A DNA stretch of 64,000 nucleotides from an uncultured candidate division Zixibacteria bacterium (GCA_963713865.1 OY970208.1:1600001-1664000); one strand, 5' to 3'. Positions 53,693 to 62,967 are shown, counted from the stretch's first letter. Notes: generated from the sequence alone by a model not told the origin. Program-made: numbers and translations.

Positions 53693-54772
53693 TTATGCGA
53701 AAGTAGAGATCTCCTGTTTTTTGGATACGATCTCGTTTAGCTCCTGCGAATTAGAGCTTCTTCCCATTGCATCTCCAATGGTTATCTTATGGGTAAGATA
53801 AAGCTCAGCTAAGGATTGATTCATAGTTTTCATACCGTATTTCTGCCCAGCCTGCATCATCGAATAAATCTGATGGATTTTGTCATCCCGGATCAAAGCC
53901 CGGATAGCTGGAGTGCAGATCATTACCTCTAAAGCTAAGGCTCTGCCACCACCTATCTTAGGGATCAATTGCTGAGTTACTACTGCTTGCAAAACAAAAG
54001 AAATGGTTACCCTTACCTGTTCCTGTTGATTAGTAGGGAAAACGTCGATTATTCGGTTCATTGATTCAACACAGGAGTTGGTGTGTAAAGTGGCAAAGGC
54101 TAAATGTCCGGTCTCAGAGATATTTAATGCTGCCTCCATTGTTTCTAAATCTCTCATCTCGCCTATCAGGACAACATCCGGGTCTTCTCTTAAAGCGTAT
54201 TTTAAAGCAGAGGCAAAAGATGTGGTATCTGAATATACTTCCCTCTGATTTATCAGGGAACAGTTATGGCGATGTAGATATTCTATTGGGTCTTCAATAG
54301 TGATTATATGACAGTGTCTTTCTTTATTTATTTTGTCGATCAAAGCGGCTAAGGTGGTTGATTTACCCATACCGGTTGGGCCAGTGATCAAGACTAAGCC
54401 CCGAGGTAAATTAGCAAATTCCGTTATTACCTTTGGCAGCCCCAATTCCTCAAAACTTGGTATGTGGTGCGGGATCATACGTAGAGCCACTGCCACGTTT
54501 CCCCTTTGCATAAACACGTTACATCTGAACCGGCTGAGGTTTTCTATCCCGAAAGAAAGGTCTAACTCACTCTTTTCCTCGAATTTTTGTTTTTGTTTTT
54601 CACTCATTATAGAATAAGCAAGCTTTTTGGTATCTTCTGGGGTCAAAAGGTCATAATTGGTTTTAATTAGTTTGCCATCAATTCTCAATTGCGGCGGACT
54701 ACCTACAGTCAGATGAAGATCAGAGGCATTCTTTTTGACCATCGATTCTAAAAGTTCTCTTAACCCTACCAT
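53693..54772 (-). CDS. pilT: Type IV pilus retraction ATPase PilT
   Basis: ASDLHL, GPTGMGKSTT, EDPIE, LREDPD and AIRALIR motifs. Confidence 0.93.
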   Translation of the reverse strand: MVGLRELLESMVKKNASDLHLTVGSPPQLRIDGKLIKTNYDLLTPEDTKKLAYSIMSEKQKQKFEEKSELDLSFGIENLSRFRCNVFMQRGNVAVALRMIPHHIPSFEELGLPKVITEFANLPRGLVLITGPTGMGKSTTLAALIDKINKERHCHIITIEDPIEYLHRHNCSLINQREVYSDTTSFASALKYALREDPDVVLIGEMRDLETMEAALNISETGHLAFATLHTNSCVESMNRIIDVFPTNQQEQVRVTISFVLQAVVTQQLIPKIGGGRALALEVMICTPAIRALIRDDKIHQIYSMMQAGQKYGMKTMNQSLAELYLTHKITIGDAMGRSSNSQELNEIVSKKQEISTFA

Positions 54773-55071
54773 GTGTTCTCCAGGTTTTATTTGGGGATAA
54801 AAAGTACTAAATATATGCTCCAGGTTATTCTTTTACTATTATCGACTTTAAGGTAAAATTCTTTATTAAAACTGGAATAAAGCAGGGAAGTAATTTATTC
54901 CATCCTTACCTTGTCTCCTGACCAGGCAAATCGGCTTCGTCGGGTGAAGATACCAGATGGTAATAATCGGAGAGACAAAGGCAATTTTATAAATTGTCTT
55001 AATTTCCTCTTTTTTATTTACAAACTTGGCTCAAAAGATTAGATTTCAACAGGCTTTAACTTATAGTTGTT

Positions 55072-56352
55072 ATGAACCAGAGAAAATTTGCCCTGTTTAC
55101 AGTAGGATGTAAGCTAAATCAATACGAGACAGAATGGATGGGGGAATGCCTGGAAAAATCCGGGTTTAAGAGGGTAAATTTCTCCGATCAAGCAGACTTA
55201 TATATAATCAATACCTGTACAGTTACGGCTCAAAGCGATTATTCCTCCAGGCAGGCGATCTATCGAGTTTTCAGGAGGTCGCCCAACTCCAAGATCGCGG
55301 TGGTGGGGTGTTATTCAGAAATCGAGCCGGATTTTCTAAAAAAATTGCCGGGAGTCATTTTAGTTTTGGGAAATGAGAAGAAGAAAAGAATCGATGAGAT
55401 TATACTGGAAAAATTGTATAATCAGAAACCAGAGATTAGAGAAGAAAAAACTATAATCACCAGCAGGTTTAAACATACACGTGCTCTGGTGAAGATTCAG
55501 GATGGATGCAATCAAAGTTGTGCCTATTGCATTGTGCCTAAGGCCAGGGGTAAGGAAATATCCAGAGATGTAAATGAGGTGGTTCAAGAGATAAATGGTT
55601 TAAAGGATCAAGGGTTCAAAGAAGTGGTTCTAACCGGGGTACATATAGGGAAATACTGTGAGGAGGGATTAAATCTTTCAGGTCTTTTAAAGAAAATTTT
55701 AGTTGAAACTGAGGTAGAGAGGATCAGACTTAGTTCTGTAGAACCCCAAGAGTTAGATGAGGAATTAGTAAAACTTCTGGAAAAAGAGAAGAGAGTCTGC
55801 CGGCACCTGCATATCCCTTTGCAATCCGGGAATAATGAAGTACTCAAGAAGATGAAAAGAAATTATACGGTGGAGGAATACAGCAATTTGATTCAAACTG
55901 TTTATAAAAGAGTAAAGGGTATTACCTTAGGTGCAGATGTGATGGTTGGTTTTCCAGGAGAAAAAGAAGAGGATTTTGAAAAAACCTGTGAATTCATTTT
56001 ATCTTCACCCTTAGCCTATCTACATGTATTCAGTTATTCAGATAGAAAAGGGACTTTAGCCTCCGAGATGCAGGATAAAATTGAGCCTAAGGTAATTCAG
56101 AAGAGAAGTAAGCTTCTTCATCAGATAGGGAAGGAGATCTGGGAAAAACACTTAAACAATTTTATGGGTAAAAAACTGGAGATTTTGGTGGAAAGCAACA
56201 AAGATAAGAACTCTGGCAAATTGATCGGGTTAACCGATAACTATCTCCGTGTGCTGATAGCGGGTAATGAAAATTTGAAAAATCAGATATTACCGGTCAA
56301 GGCGATTGGAAGGGAAAGTAAATATCTGACAGGGGAAATCTTTAATGGATAG
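55072..56352 (+). CDS. mtaB: tRNA t6A37 methylthiotransferase MtaB
   Basis: GCKLNQYE, NTCTVT, QDGCNQSCAYC and HVFSYS motifs. Confidence 0.9.
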   Translation: MNQRKFALFTVGCKLNQYETEWMGECLEKSGFKRVNFSDQADLYIINTCTVTAQSDYSSRQAIYRVFRRSPNSKIAVVGCYSEIEPDFLKKLPGVILVLGNEKKKRIDEIILEKLYNQKPEIREEKTIITSRFKHTRALVKIQDGCNQSCAYCIVPKARGKEISRDVNEVVQEINGLKDQGFKEVVLTGVHIGKYCEEGLNLSGLLKKILVETEVERIRLSSVEPQELDEELVKLLEKEKRVCRHLHIPLQSGNNEVLKKMKRNYTVEEYSNLIQTVYKRVKGITLGADVMVGFPGEKEEDFEKTCEFILSSPLAYLHVFSYSDRKGTLASEMQDKIEPKVIQKRSKLLHQIGKEIWEKHLNNFMGKKLEILVESNKDKNSGKLIGLTDNYLRVLIAGNENLKNQILPVKAIGRESKYLTGEIFNG

Positions 56353-57220
56353 ATACTTTACTCAGATAAAGCTAACTCTTTCTCAATCTTTGTCTGAACT
56401 TTTCGGAAATTTTATGGTGGAAAATGGCTGCAGGGGTTATAGCATAGAGGAAGATAATAAGGACAGGGTTATATTGAAAGGGTATCTTAGAGAAAGGAGA
56501 AAGGCAAAGGTTTTAATTGAGAAAATTTACAGATATGCTGAAGCGTTGATTGGTTTTCATAAAGGAAATTTGGAGATTAGGGTTGAGCTAAAAAGAATAA
56601 AAGAAGAGGACTGGTCAAAAGGATGGAAAGAAACCTTTAAACCGATTGAAGTAACTGATAAGATTGTGGTGAAGCCAGGTTGGATCAAAAAAAGATTTCC
56701 ACATAAAATAGTGATTGAACTTGAGCCAAAGATGGCTTTTGGAACCGGAGAGCACTCTACTACTCAGATGTGTTTGAGGGCATTAGAGAAATATATTAAA
56801 CCTGAGGATAAAGTTTTAGATTTAGGAACCGGAAGCGGGATTCTATCTATTGCCTCTGCTAAAATAGGCGCATCTTACACCCTGGCTCTCGACATTGATC
56901 CTGAGGCTATAAATAATGCCAAAGAGAATATAATTAAGAACAAAGTGCAAAAAGTCGTGGATTTAAGATTGGGGACCTTAGAGGATTCTATTCCAGATGA
57001 CTATTTCAATCTAATCCTTGCTAATCTGACTAAAACTCAGATAATTGAGTTTTCTGATAGTATGAATCGGGTTTTGAAAAAAGAGGGAATTCTTATCTTA
57101 TCCGGGATTCAAATAGAAGAGAAAGGAGAGATGGAAGAGTACTTTTGCTCAAAAGATATTTTATTAAAGGAGACTCTTTCTGATAAGGAGTGGATTGGTT
57201 ATGTTATACAAAAGATATGA
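56345..57220 (+). CDS. prmA: Ribosomal protein L11 methyltransferase
   Basis: MAFGTGEHSTT and DLGTGSGIL motifs. Confidence 0.92.
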   Translation: MDRYFTQIKLTLSQSLSELFGNFMVENGCRGYSIEEDNKDRVILKGYLRERRKAKVLIEKIYRYAEALIGFHKGNLEIRVELKRIKEEDWSKGWKETFKPIEVTDKIVVKPGWIKKRFPHKIVIELEPKMAFGTGEHSTTQMCLRALEKYIKPEDKVLDLGTGSGILSIASAKIGASYTLALDIDPEAINNAKENIIKNKVQKVVDLRLGTLEDSIPDDYFNLILANLTKTQIIEFSDSMNRVLKKEGILILSGIQIEEKGEMEEYFCSKDILLKETLSDKEWIGYVIQKI

Positions 57221-57261
57221 TGATTCCAATTTTCAAAGGTAATAATCAAGAGAGGAGATAG

Positions 57262-58008
57262 ATGATTACTTATTTTTATGTAGAGCCAAAAAATGTAGAC
57301 AAAAATTTTCTAAAGATCGAAGGGGAGGAAGCTAAACATATCTGTCAGGTATTGAGAAAAGGTGAAGGGGAGGTTATTGAGGCAGTGGATGGCGAAGGGG
57401 TAAAATATCAGGTCCTGATTACCAACACCGGTAGAGATTGGGTGCAGGGTAAGATTCTTACTCAGATCAGAAAAGAGAATGAGCCTTTAACTCATCTGAC
57501 ATTAGCTCAGGGCTTGATCAAAGGGGTGAGAATGGATTTTTTAGTAGAAAAGATTACAGAGATTGGAGTCTTTTCTATCATACCTCTTATAACTGAAAAA
57601 AGTGTGGTTAAATTGGAAAAAGATAAAAGAGAGATTGCGAGGTTAAATCGGTGGAAGAGGATTGCCATCAGTGGGATGAAACAATCTTTACGTTCAAGAT
57701 TTACTGAGATTCAAAAACCGACTTTATTTCAAGAGCTTTTATCAAAAGTCAGGGGATATGATTTAGCTCTTATAGCCTGCCAGACAAAAAGATCACAATC
57801 TTTAAAGGGGATTATTGATGCAAAAAAAAGATTAAAGAATATCTTACTTTTAGTTGGTCCGGAAAGTGGATTTACCCAGGGAGAGTTAGACCTTGCTTTA
57901 AAATCTGGTGTTATCCCGGTCTCTTTAGGACCAAGAAGGCTTCGTTCTGAAACTGCCGGGATCGTGTTTTCCTCTCTGGTATTGTATGAATTAGAAGATT
58001 TAGGATGA
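57262..58008 (+). CDS. rsmE: 16S rRNA m3U1498 methyltransferase
   Basis: HICQVLR, EKITEIG, GPESG and LRSETA motifs. Confidence 0.92.
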   Translation: MITYFYVEPKNVDKNFLKIEGEEAKHICQVLRKGEGEVIEAVDGEGVKYQVLITNTGRDWVQGKILTQIRKENEPLTHLTLAQGLIKGVRMDFLVEKITEIGVFSIIPLITEKSVVKLEKDKREIARLNRWKRIAISGMKQSLRSRFTEIQKPTLFQELLSKVRGYDLALIACQTKRSQSLKGIIDAKKRLKNILLLVGPESGFTQGELDLALKSGVIPVSLGPRRLRSETAGIVFSSLVLYELEDLG

Positions 58009-58105
58009 TTTTTCTGGTAATATATCTGACAGACTTCCATTTTGTTAACCCCGCGTAGCCGAGCCTTTAGGGCTCGGCGGAGGTCTAAAACCTACGCTAC
58101 ATTTT

Positions 58106-58561
58106 CTACTTTGATATAAACCAGGTATAGAGATTCTTGCGGGCTAATATAAGCCATAAGACAAAGGGGATGCACCAGTTCAAAAAATAGAGGCACAAGG
58201 ATACGGTTAAGCCTGCTTTTGAGGGGTTTTCACTCAGTCCGTAGATTAAAAAAATGAGTTCAGCTATCAATATCTGCCATAAGAAGATTAGAAAAAGCCC
58301 CAGGAGAAGTTTTTTTACTATCTTTTGAGATTTTATCCCCGGGATGATTAAAAGAAGGGAGATAAAGGGCAAGTAATTGTAAAATAAAGAAGTTAAAAAA
58401 GGGAGAACGATCAGGTCTATGCCGAGGAGATTAAGAATTGGGGGAACTAGGTAGTCGAAGAAAAGAAAATAATAATATTCCCCTTTCCAGTACCAGAGGG
58501 CGAATAAAATCAAGGAAATTGCTGAAAATTTTAAGATAAAGGGGAGAAACTTCTCTTTCAT
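58106..58561 (-). CDS. Exosortase H-associated membrane protein
   Basis: Four-TM protein directly downstream of the exosortase, with P+VLW near the C-terminus. Start taken as MKEK because the ATG at 58585 lies in a repeat. Confidence 0.55.
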   Translation of the reverse strand: MKEKFLPFILKFSAISLILFALWYWKGEYYYFLFFDYLVPPILNLLGIDLIVLPFLTSLFYNYLPFISLLLIIPGIKSQKIVKKLLLGLFLIFLWQILIAELIFLIYGLSENPSKAGLTVSLCLYFLNWCIPFVLWLILARKNLYTWFISK

Positions 58562-58589
58562 AGAATCGTAGTGCGACCCTTTCAACCGC

Positions 58590-58617
58590 GTAGAGACGCA
58601 TAGCGATGCGTCTCTAC
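58590..58617. repeat. GTAG-REP family C (GTAGAGACGCAT..ATGCGTCTCTAC)
   Basis: Perfect palindrome here; variants at 302-329, 356-380 and 45039-45063. Confidence 0.8.
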
Positions 58618-58621
58618 ATCG

Positions 58622-59198
58622 CTAAAATCTTTCGGATTTTACTATCTTCTCTATCCATAGAATCCAGGTACAAAGAATGATTAATATCAAAGCTACCTGC
58701 CAGAAATATAGATGCAAAAACTCAAAGGCATCCGGTCGATAATTAGAGATAACTGCTATAAAAACCATCCTTATAATGTTGATCAAAAATATAAACGGAA
58801 TCCCAAAAAGAGTACCCCAGAGCTTCTTTTTAAGGCTGGATGGATAAGCTAACATACCTAATAAGAAGATGAACATCTCATATAACCCGGTGCACTCAAC
58901 CACAATTTCAACATTGAAATTTTTCATATTCAAAAATTGCCCGCTGACTTGGGTATCCATTCCAAAAAGATTTAAGACCAGAACCGACTACATAAGCAGT
59001 GGCAAACACTAATTTTTCACTAAAGGGATATAAAAGGTTATCCCGGGTCAGGGAGAACAAAATGGTGAAAGGGATTAATAGCCCAATGAATAAAAGCACA
59101 AACCTAAAAATTGGCTTATAAGCTTTTCCTTTCTTTTCATCTTTCTGAATGATTTCTTTTTTATGGTCTGAGGCAGAACCTTTGAGCTTTTTTTTCAT
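58622..59198 (-). CDS. xrtH: Exosortase H (archaeosortase/exosortase family), +1 frameshift at ~58982
   Basis: ECTG (Cys), NIIR (Arg) and LHLYFWQ (His) triad; adjacent IPTL-CTERM gene. Confidence 0.8.
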
Positions 59199-59317
59199 AC
59201 GGTATAAGATTCAAAGCATAACCTCGATTTGTCAATGTTATTTTTGTTTTATGTAGCGGAAGGACATCAAGCTCTTGACGCTTCAGCCTTTCCATCTCTT
59301 TCCTTCCACACATAATT

Positions 59318-59347
59318 TTAAGGGCTGGCCTTTCGACCAGCCCTTAA
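59318..59347. terminator. Stable hairpin between the IPTL-CTERM gene and xrtH
   Basis: TTAAGGGCTGG...CCAGCCCTTAA. A U-tract is present only on the + strand, so terminator polarity is unclear. Confidence 0.45.
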
Positions 59348-59365
59348 GTTTTTTGCCTACACCAC

Positions 59366-59836
59366 TTATGCAGTTACAGGTTTTCTCCTCATCAAAAGAT
59401 AGACCCCGGCTACAATAATCAAAGCAACCAGAATGATCATACCCCACTGGGTTAGGCTTGGAGTGGAATATTTTTTATTATATGCAGCATCACAGGCGCT
59501 GACTTTACGGCCTATGTCATCTACTAAGCAGGCAGTTACACTGACAGCACCACAGGGTCCTGTCCATGTCTTACTCCACTTTCCAGAGCCATTTGTTACG
59601 ACGACCTGCTTAGTTTCGATTAAACCGCCCTGGCTGTCTAAGTTCTCTAGATCAACGTGATAGTTATTTCCTACATTATTAGCTTTCCCGGATACCCTAT
59701 ACAAGCATTGATTATTTCCCAGATCTTTCTTAATAGCAATTGTGATAGAAACAGTGGGTGCTTGTGCCATGAGAGTTCCCCATGCTATTGCCACAAAAGC
59801 AAGTGCTATAAAAATGGCACACATTTTTCTAAACAT
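59366..59836 (-). CDS. Small exported protein with IPTL-CTERM sorting signal
   Basis: Signal peptide; C-terminal TPSLTQWGMIIL-TM-RRK; SD GGAGG before ATG 59836. Confidence 0.85.
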   Translation of the reverse strand: MFRKMCAIFIALAFVAIAWGTLMAQAPTVSITIAIKKDLGNNQCLYRVSGKANNVGNNYHVDLENLDSQGGLIETKQVVVTNGSGKWSKTWTGPCGAVSVTACLVDDIGRKVSACDAAYNKKYSTPSLTQWGMIILVALIIVAGVYLLMRRKPVTA

Positions 59837-59897
59837 AGCTTCCTCCATCTATGAATTGGCCTAAAGTTACTTTATTGAAAATAATCATCGGAAGAAA

Positions 59898-60617
59898 TCA
59901 AAAGGAAGATATAGGTGGTCCACGCAACTGGGGAATTAGGAAGAACTTTTGAGAGAAAAGCTTGTGGTTCTCGGCAAAACTCCAAAATATTTCTTTAGTG
60001 GTAAACTTTATTCCGGTAGCTTTAAAGATTTTAACAGCATGTTCAATTATTTTTACTAATAGTGAATTAAGAAGAACTACTATGAAAGAAATGACTCCAA
60101 AACCAAACAGGGTTACAAGTCTCAGGAAAAAAGGAGTTGAAGGTGTGGAGTGAGTAAGCAAGCCGCTGGTGTAACCAAGCTTAATGAGTCCTAATTCAAA
60201 GAAAACCCACAGGACAGATACAATAATCGGACTAAATCCAAAATACTGTTTCGTCAACCCTACTGTCCAGCCCCAGAGGGCAAAAAGGAGGGTTCCGCCT
60301 ATAATCATTAAGATGGCTGAGGCAGGAGTAACCAAAAGAGCATCCAGGCTCCAGAAGGTAAAGAAGGTAAGACCGAGTAGAAACCCCAAACGAAAAGCTT
60401 CTCTGGTAGAAGCCTTATTGATTCTCCAAAGAAAGGGAAACAGTGCAACGAAAGAGAAATACCAATAGCCGGGGAATAGATTGGCTACTAATAAAAGAAG
60501 GGCACTTGTGCCTGAATATAGAAAATCTTCTGCCAGCTTGGAAAAGGAGTGCCCAAGTTCTAAGGAACCGGACAGACAATTATTACCTCTATGGCACCTT
60601 TTTGGGGGTAAAAACAT
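59898..60617 (-). CDS. Membrane protein resembling the Lnt N-terminal TM domain, without nitrilase domain, ending in RGPP
   Basis: FSFVALFPFL..AF.LGFLLG and LFG..VISFIVVLLN resemble Lnt TM segments. SD AAGGGG precedes the ATG. Confidence 0.6.
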   Translation of the reverse strand: MFLPPKRCHRGNNCLSGSLELGHSFSKLAEDFLYSGTSALLLLVANLFPGYWYFSFVALFPFLWRINKASTREAFRLGFLLGLTFFTFWSLDALLVTPASAILMIIGGTLLFALWGWTVGLTKQYFGFSPIIVSVLWVFFELGLIKLGYTSGLLTHSTPSTPFFLRLVTLFGFGVISFIVVLLNSLLVKIIEHAVKIFKATGIKFTTKEIFWSFAENHKLFSQKFFLIPQLRGPPISSF

Positions 60618-60748
60618 CTGATCCCCTTCTAATTCCTTACAAATGGTTTTAACCTTTTACATTCAGATATCCTCAGGTAAATACCATAATAGGACTGCAT
60701 CAAATTCGTAAGAAAATAAATATATTAATCTAAATTTACTCTTTATAT

Positions 60749-60777
60749 ACTTTACATTTTCAGGGAGCTTTTGTCAA
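60749..60777 (-). promoter_or_regulatory. Putative promoter for the RGPP leader/IPTL-CTERM unit
   Basis: Minus strand TTGACA, 17-nt spacer, TAAAGT. Confidence 0.5.
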
Positions 60778-60958
60778 GTAAAATCTTTATTTTTTTCGTA
60801 TTTATCATAAAGAAAGAGTTAACTATATATTTTAGAAGGCGTTATCTATCTTAGAATTCATTTCAAAGAAAGATTTAATTATGAATGTATTAGATGGCTC
60901 TACTAACCGATTTACAGGCAACAGGTTAAAAAAATGGTGCGATGGGGCAAATTTTTAC

Positions 60959-60987
60959 TTGACATCAATAGTATGTTATTATATAAT
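60959..60987 (+). promoter_or_regulatory. Sigma70-type promoter of rpsU
   Basis: TTGACA, 17-nt spacer, TATAAT. Confidence 0.75.
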
Positions 60988-61060
60988 AAAAATTTAAAAA
61001 AGAAGATATGCAAGGATATGAAACAATTTATAGAAGAGATGAAAGGGGGTTAGAGATGAG

Positions 61061-61258
61061 ATGACCGTTGTTAAGATTCGAGAGGATGAGAGCTTCGAGA
61101 AAGCTTTACGGCGTTTTACCAAGTCCTGCGAAAGATCAGGGATCCTGGCAGATATAAGAAAGCATCAGCATTTCGAGAAGCCGTCCGAAAAGCGGAAAAG
61201 GAAAATGGCGGCAGCCAGGCGAAAAAGCCGGCGTAGATTTTATGAGGAACAGCTTTAA
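61061..61258 (+). CDS. rpsU: 30S ribosomal protein S21
   Basis: ESFEKALRRF...FEKPSEKRKRK. Confidence 0.95.
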   Translation: MTVVKIREDESFEKALRRFTKSCERSGILADIRKHQHFEKPSEKRKRKMAAARRKSRRRFYEEQL

Positions 61259-61707
61259 TGAGCCTCAGAGAACGAATTGATCAGGATATGAAAGTGGCGC
61301 AGAAGTCGGGTGACAGGCTTAAATTAAGCCTCACCCGACTTCTGAGATCTGATATCCGCTATAAGGAGATAGAAAAAGGGAAAGAGCTTTCGGATGAAGA
61401 AGTCCTCGAAGTCATTTCCTCTTCCGCAAAAAAACACCGGGATTCAATTGAGCAGTTTAGAAAAGGGGGAAGAGAAGACCTGGCAAAAAAAGAGGAAGAG
61501 GAGCTTAACCTGATTCTGGGATATATGCCAGCCCAGTTTAATTCTGAGGAACTGGAGAGATTGGTGGAAGAATCAATGACTGAAGTTGGTGCAGAGGGTG
61601 AGAAAGATATCGGCAAAGTGATGAAAGCTCTTATGCCCAAGGTAAAAGGGAGAGCGGATGGTAAATCGGTTAATCTTTTAGTTTCCTCTAAACTTAAAGC
61701 CGATTAA
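61258..61707 (+). CDS. yqeY: GatB/YqeY domain protein
   Basis: DSIEQF.KGGREDL and GKVM..LMPKVKGRADG motifs; TAATG coupling with rpsU. Confidence 0.9.
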   Translation: MSLRERIDQDMKVAQKSGDRLKLSLTRLLRSDIRYKEIEKGKELSDEEVLEVISSSAKKHRDSIEQFRKGGREDLAKKEEEELNLILGYMPAQFNSEELERLVEESMTEVGAEGEKDIGKVMKALMPKVKGRADGKSVNLLVSSKLKAD

Positions 61708-61742
61708 AGATGAAAAGCTGTCTTGAATACTTAGCTTAGATT

Positions 61743-61782
61743 AAAGCGTCACTCTAAAAAAAGAGTGACGCTTTTTCTTTTT
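61743..61782 (+). terminator. Intrinsic terminator after rpsU-yqeY
   Basis: AAAGCGTCACTCT/AGAGTGACGCTTT stem followed by a T-tract. Confidence 0.8.
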
Positions 61783-62064
61783 AAAGAGAAAAAATAACTT
61801 GCAAAGCTTTTTTTGAGGGTTAAATTATAGTGAAGATTGACCCATATTGAGGGCAACGTAGGATTACCGTTCTACCCAATATTTGGTAATCACGCCTTGC
61901 CCTCAAGGCGGGAAAGATGAATGCCAGAGTGTAGGGAGAGGGATTGTTGAGCTAAGCGAAATCCCGCTTATGCGGGATCCCTGTTTGATTCAGTCTCACA
62001 TAAAGGTGAGGAGGGTAGAATAATGATACATAAAAGGAAATTTTTAATATGAAAGGAGGGATTT

Positions 62065-62712
62065 ATGAATTGGATTGATTATGTTTTAATCGCTTTACTT
62101 CTGGTAGCGATTTTCATCGGTTCAAAACGCGGGCTTTTCAGCGGGATTATGGGACTGATCGGTCTTTTCCTGGGAGTGATCGTGTCAGTTAACTACATTG
62201 ACACAGTAACTTTAAGGGTTTTATCTCATATGAAAGTCTCGCCAGTGGTGGTTTCCTTTTTTAGTTTAATCTTTCTTTTTGCGATAGTCTATTTTGCAGT
62301 TAAGATAATAGCCTTTTTATTCTACAAGGTGGCTTCTCTAAATCCCTTAGGAAAGATAGATAAGTTCGGAGGGGCGATTTTTGGCCTTTTCCAGGGCTGG
62401 ATTGTTTTAGGGTTCATTCTGATACTTCTGGTTTTTCCTCCTCTCCCTTTGAGTTTAACCAATAAAATCGACACTTCTTTTCTTGGACCTCTGGTACGAG
62501 GCTCTGTTCCTCTGATTTATCAAGAATCCTCTTTTCTCCATCCTCAGAACACCTCTTTTGTAGAAAAGCTGAAGATTGCCTTAAAACAGGAGTCACCAGA
62601 AGAGGCAAAAAGTCCCTGGGAAGCTTTGGGAAGAACCCCGCCTAAAAGGACTAATCGGGCAGAGATTATCGCTCAGGATCTGGATGAATATTTTGGAAAA
62701 GAAATTAAATAA
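62065..62712 (+). CDS. cvpA: CvpA (colicin V production) family protein
   Basis: MNWIDY...G.KRG and DKFGGAIFG motifs. Confidence 0.85.
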   Translation: MNWIDYVLIALLLVAIFIGSKRGLFSGIMGLIGLFLGVIVSVNYIDTVTLRVLSHMKVSPVVVSFFSLIFLFAIVYFAVKIIAFLFYKVASLNPLGKIDKFGGAIFGLFQGWIVLGFILILLVFPPLPLSLTNKIDTSFLGPLVRGSVPLIYQESSFLHPQNTSFVEKLKIALKQESPEEAKSPWEALGRTPPKRTNRAEIIAQDLDEYFGKEIK

Positions 62713-62924
62713 GTTGTGCAGGGGTGGAGATTGTTGAGCGAAGCGAAATCCCCCGCCAAAGGCGGGGATCTCCACCCAAATTTATTCGGGCGGAGTTAGA
62801 CTCCCTACAGGGAGTGAAGTCTCCGCAGGATCGTAAAGTTTTATCGACCGCCTTACGTGAGTCTTGACCCCACGTTGAGGGCAACGTGGGTTGCCAGTTT
62901 AGAGTTTAATCCGCCGGGAGTGGA

Positions 62925-62960
62925 TTGAACCCTTGAACTCTTGAACCTTTGAACCCTTGA
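62925..62960 (-). repeat. Octamer tandem repeat RGTTYAAA
   Basis: TTGAACCC/TTGAACTC run here; + strand forms at ~2206-2243, 5633-5672 and 8653-8685. Confidence 0.75.
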
Positions 62961-62967
62961 TCTTTCT

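Noticed and set aside
3397-60652. Numerous 60-140 aa ORFs overlapping larger genes
   Set aside because: They are antisense or alternate-frame shadows with no recognisable motifs.
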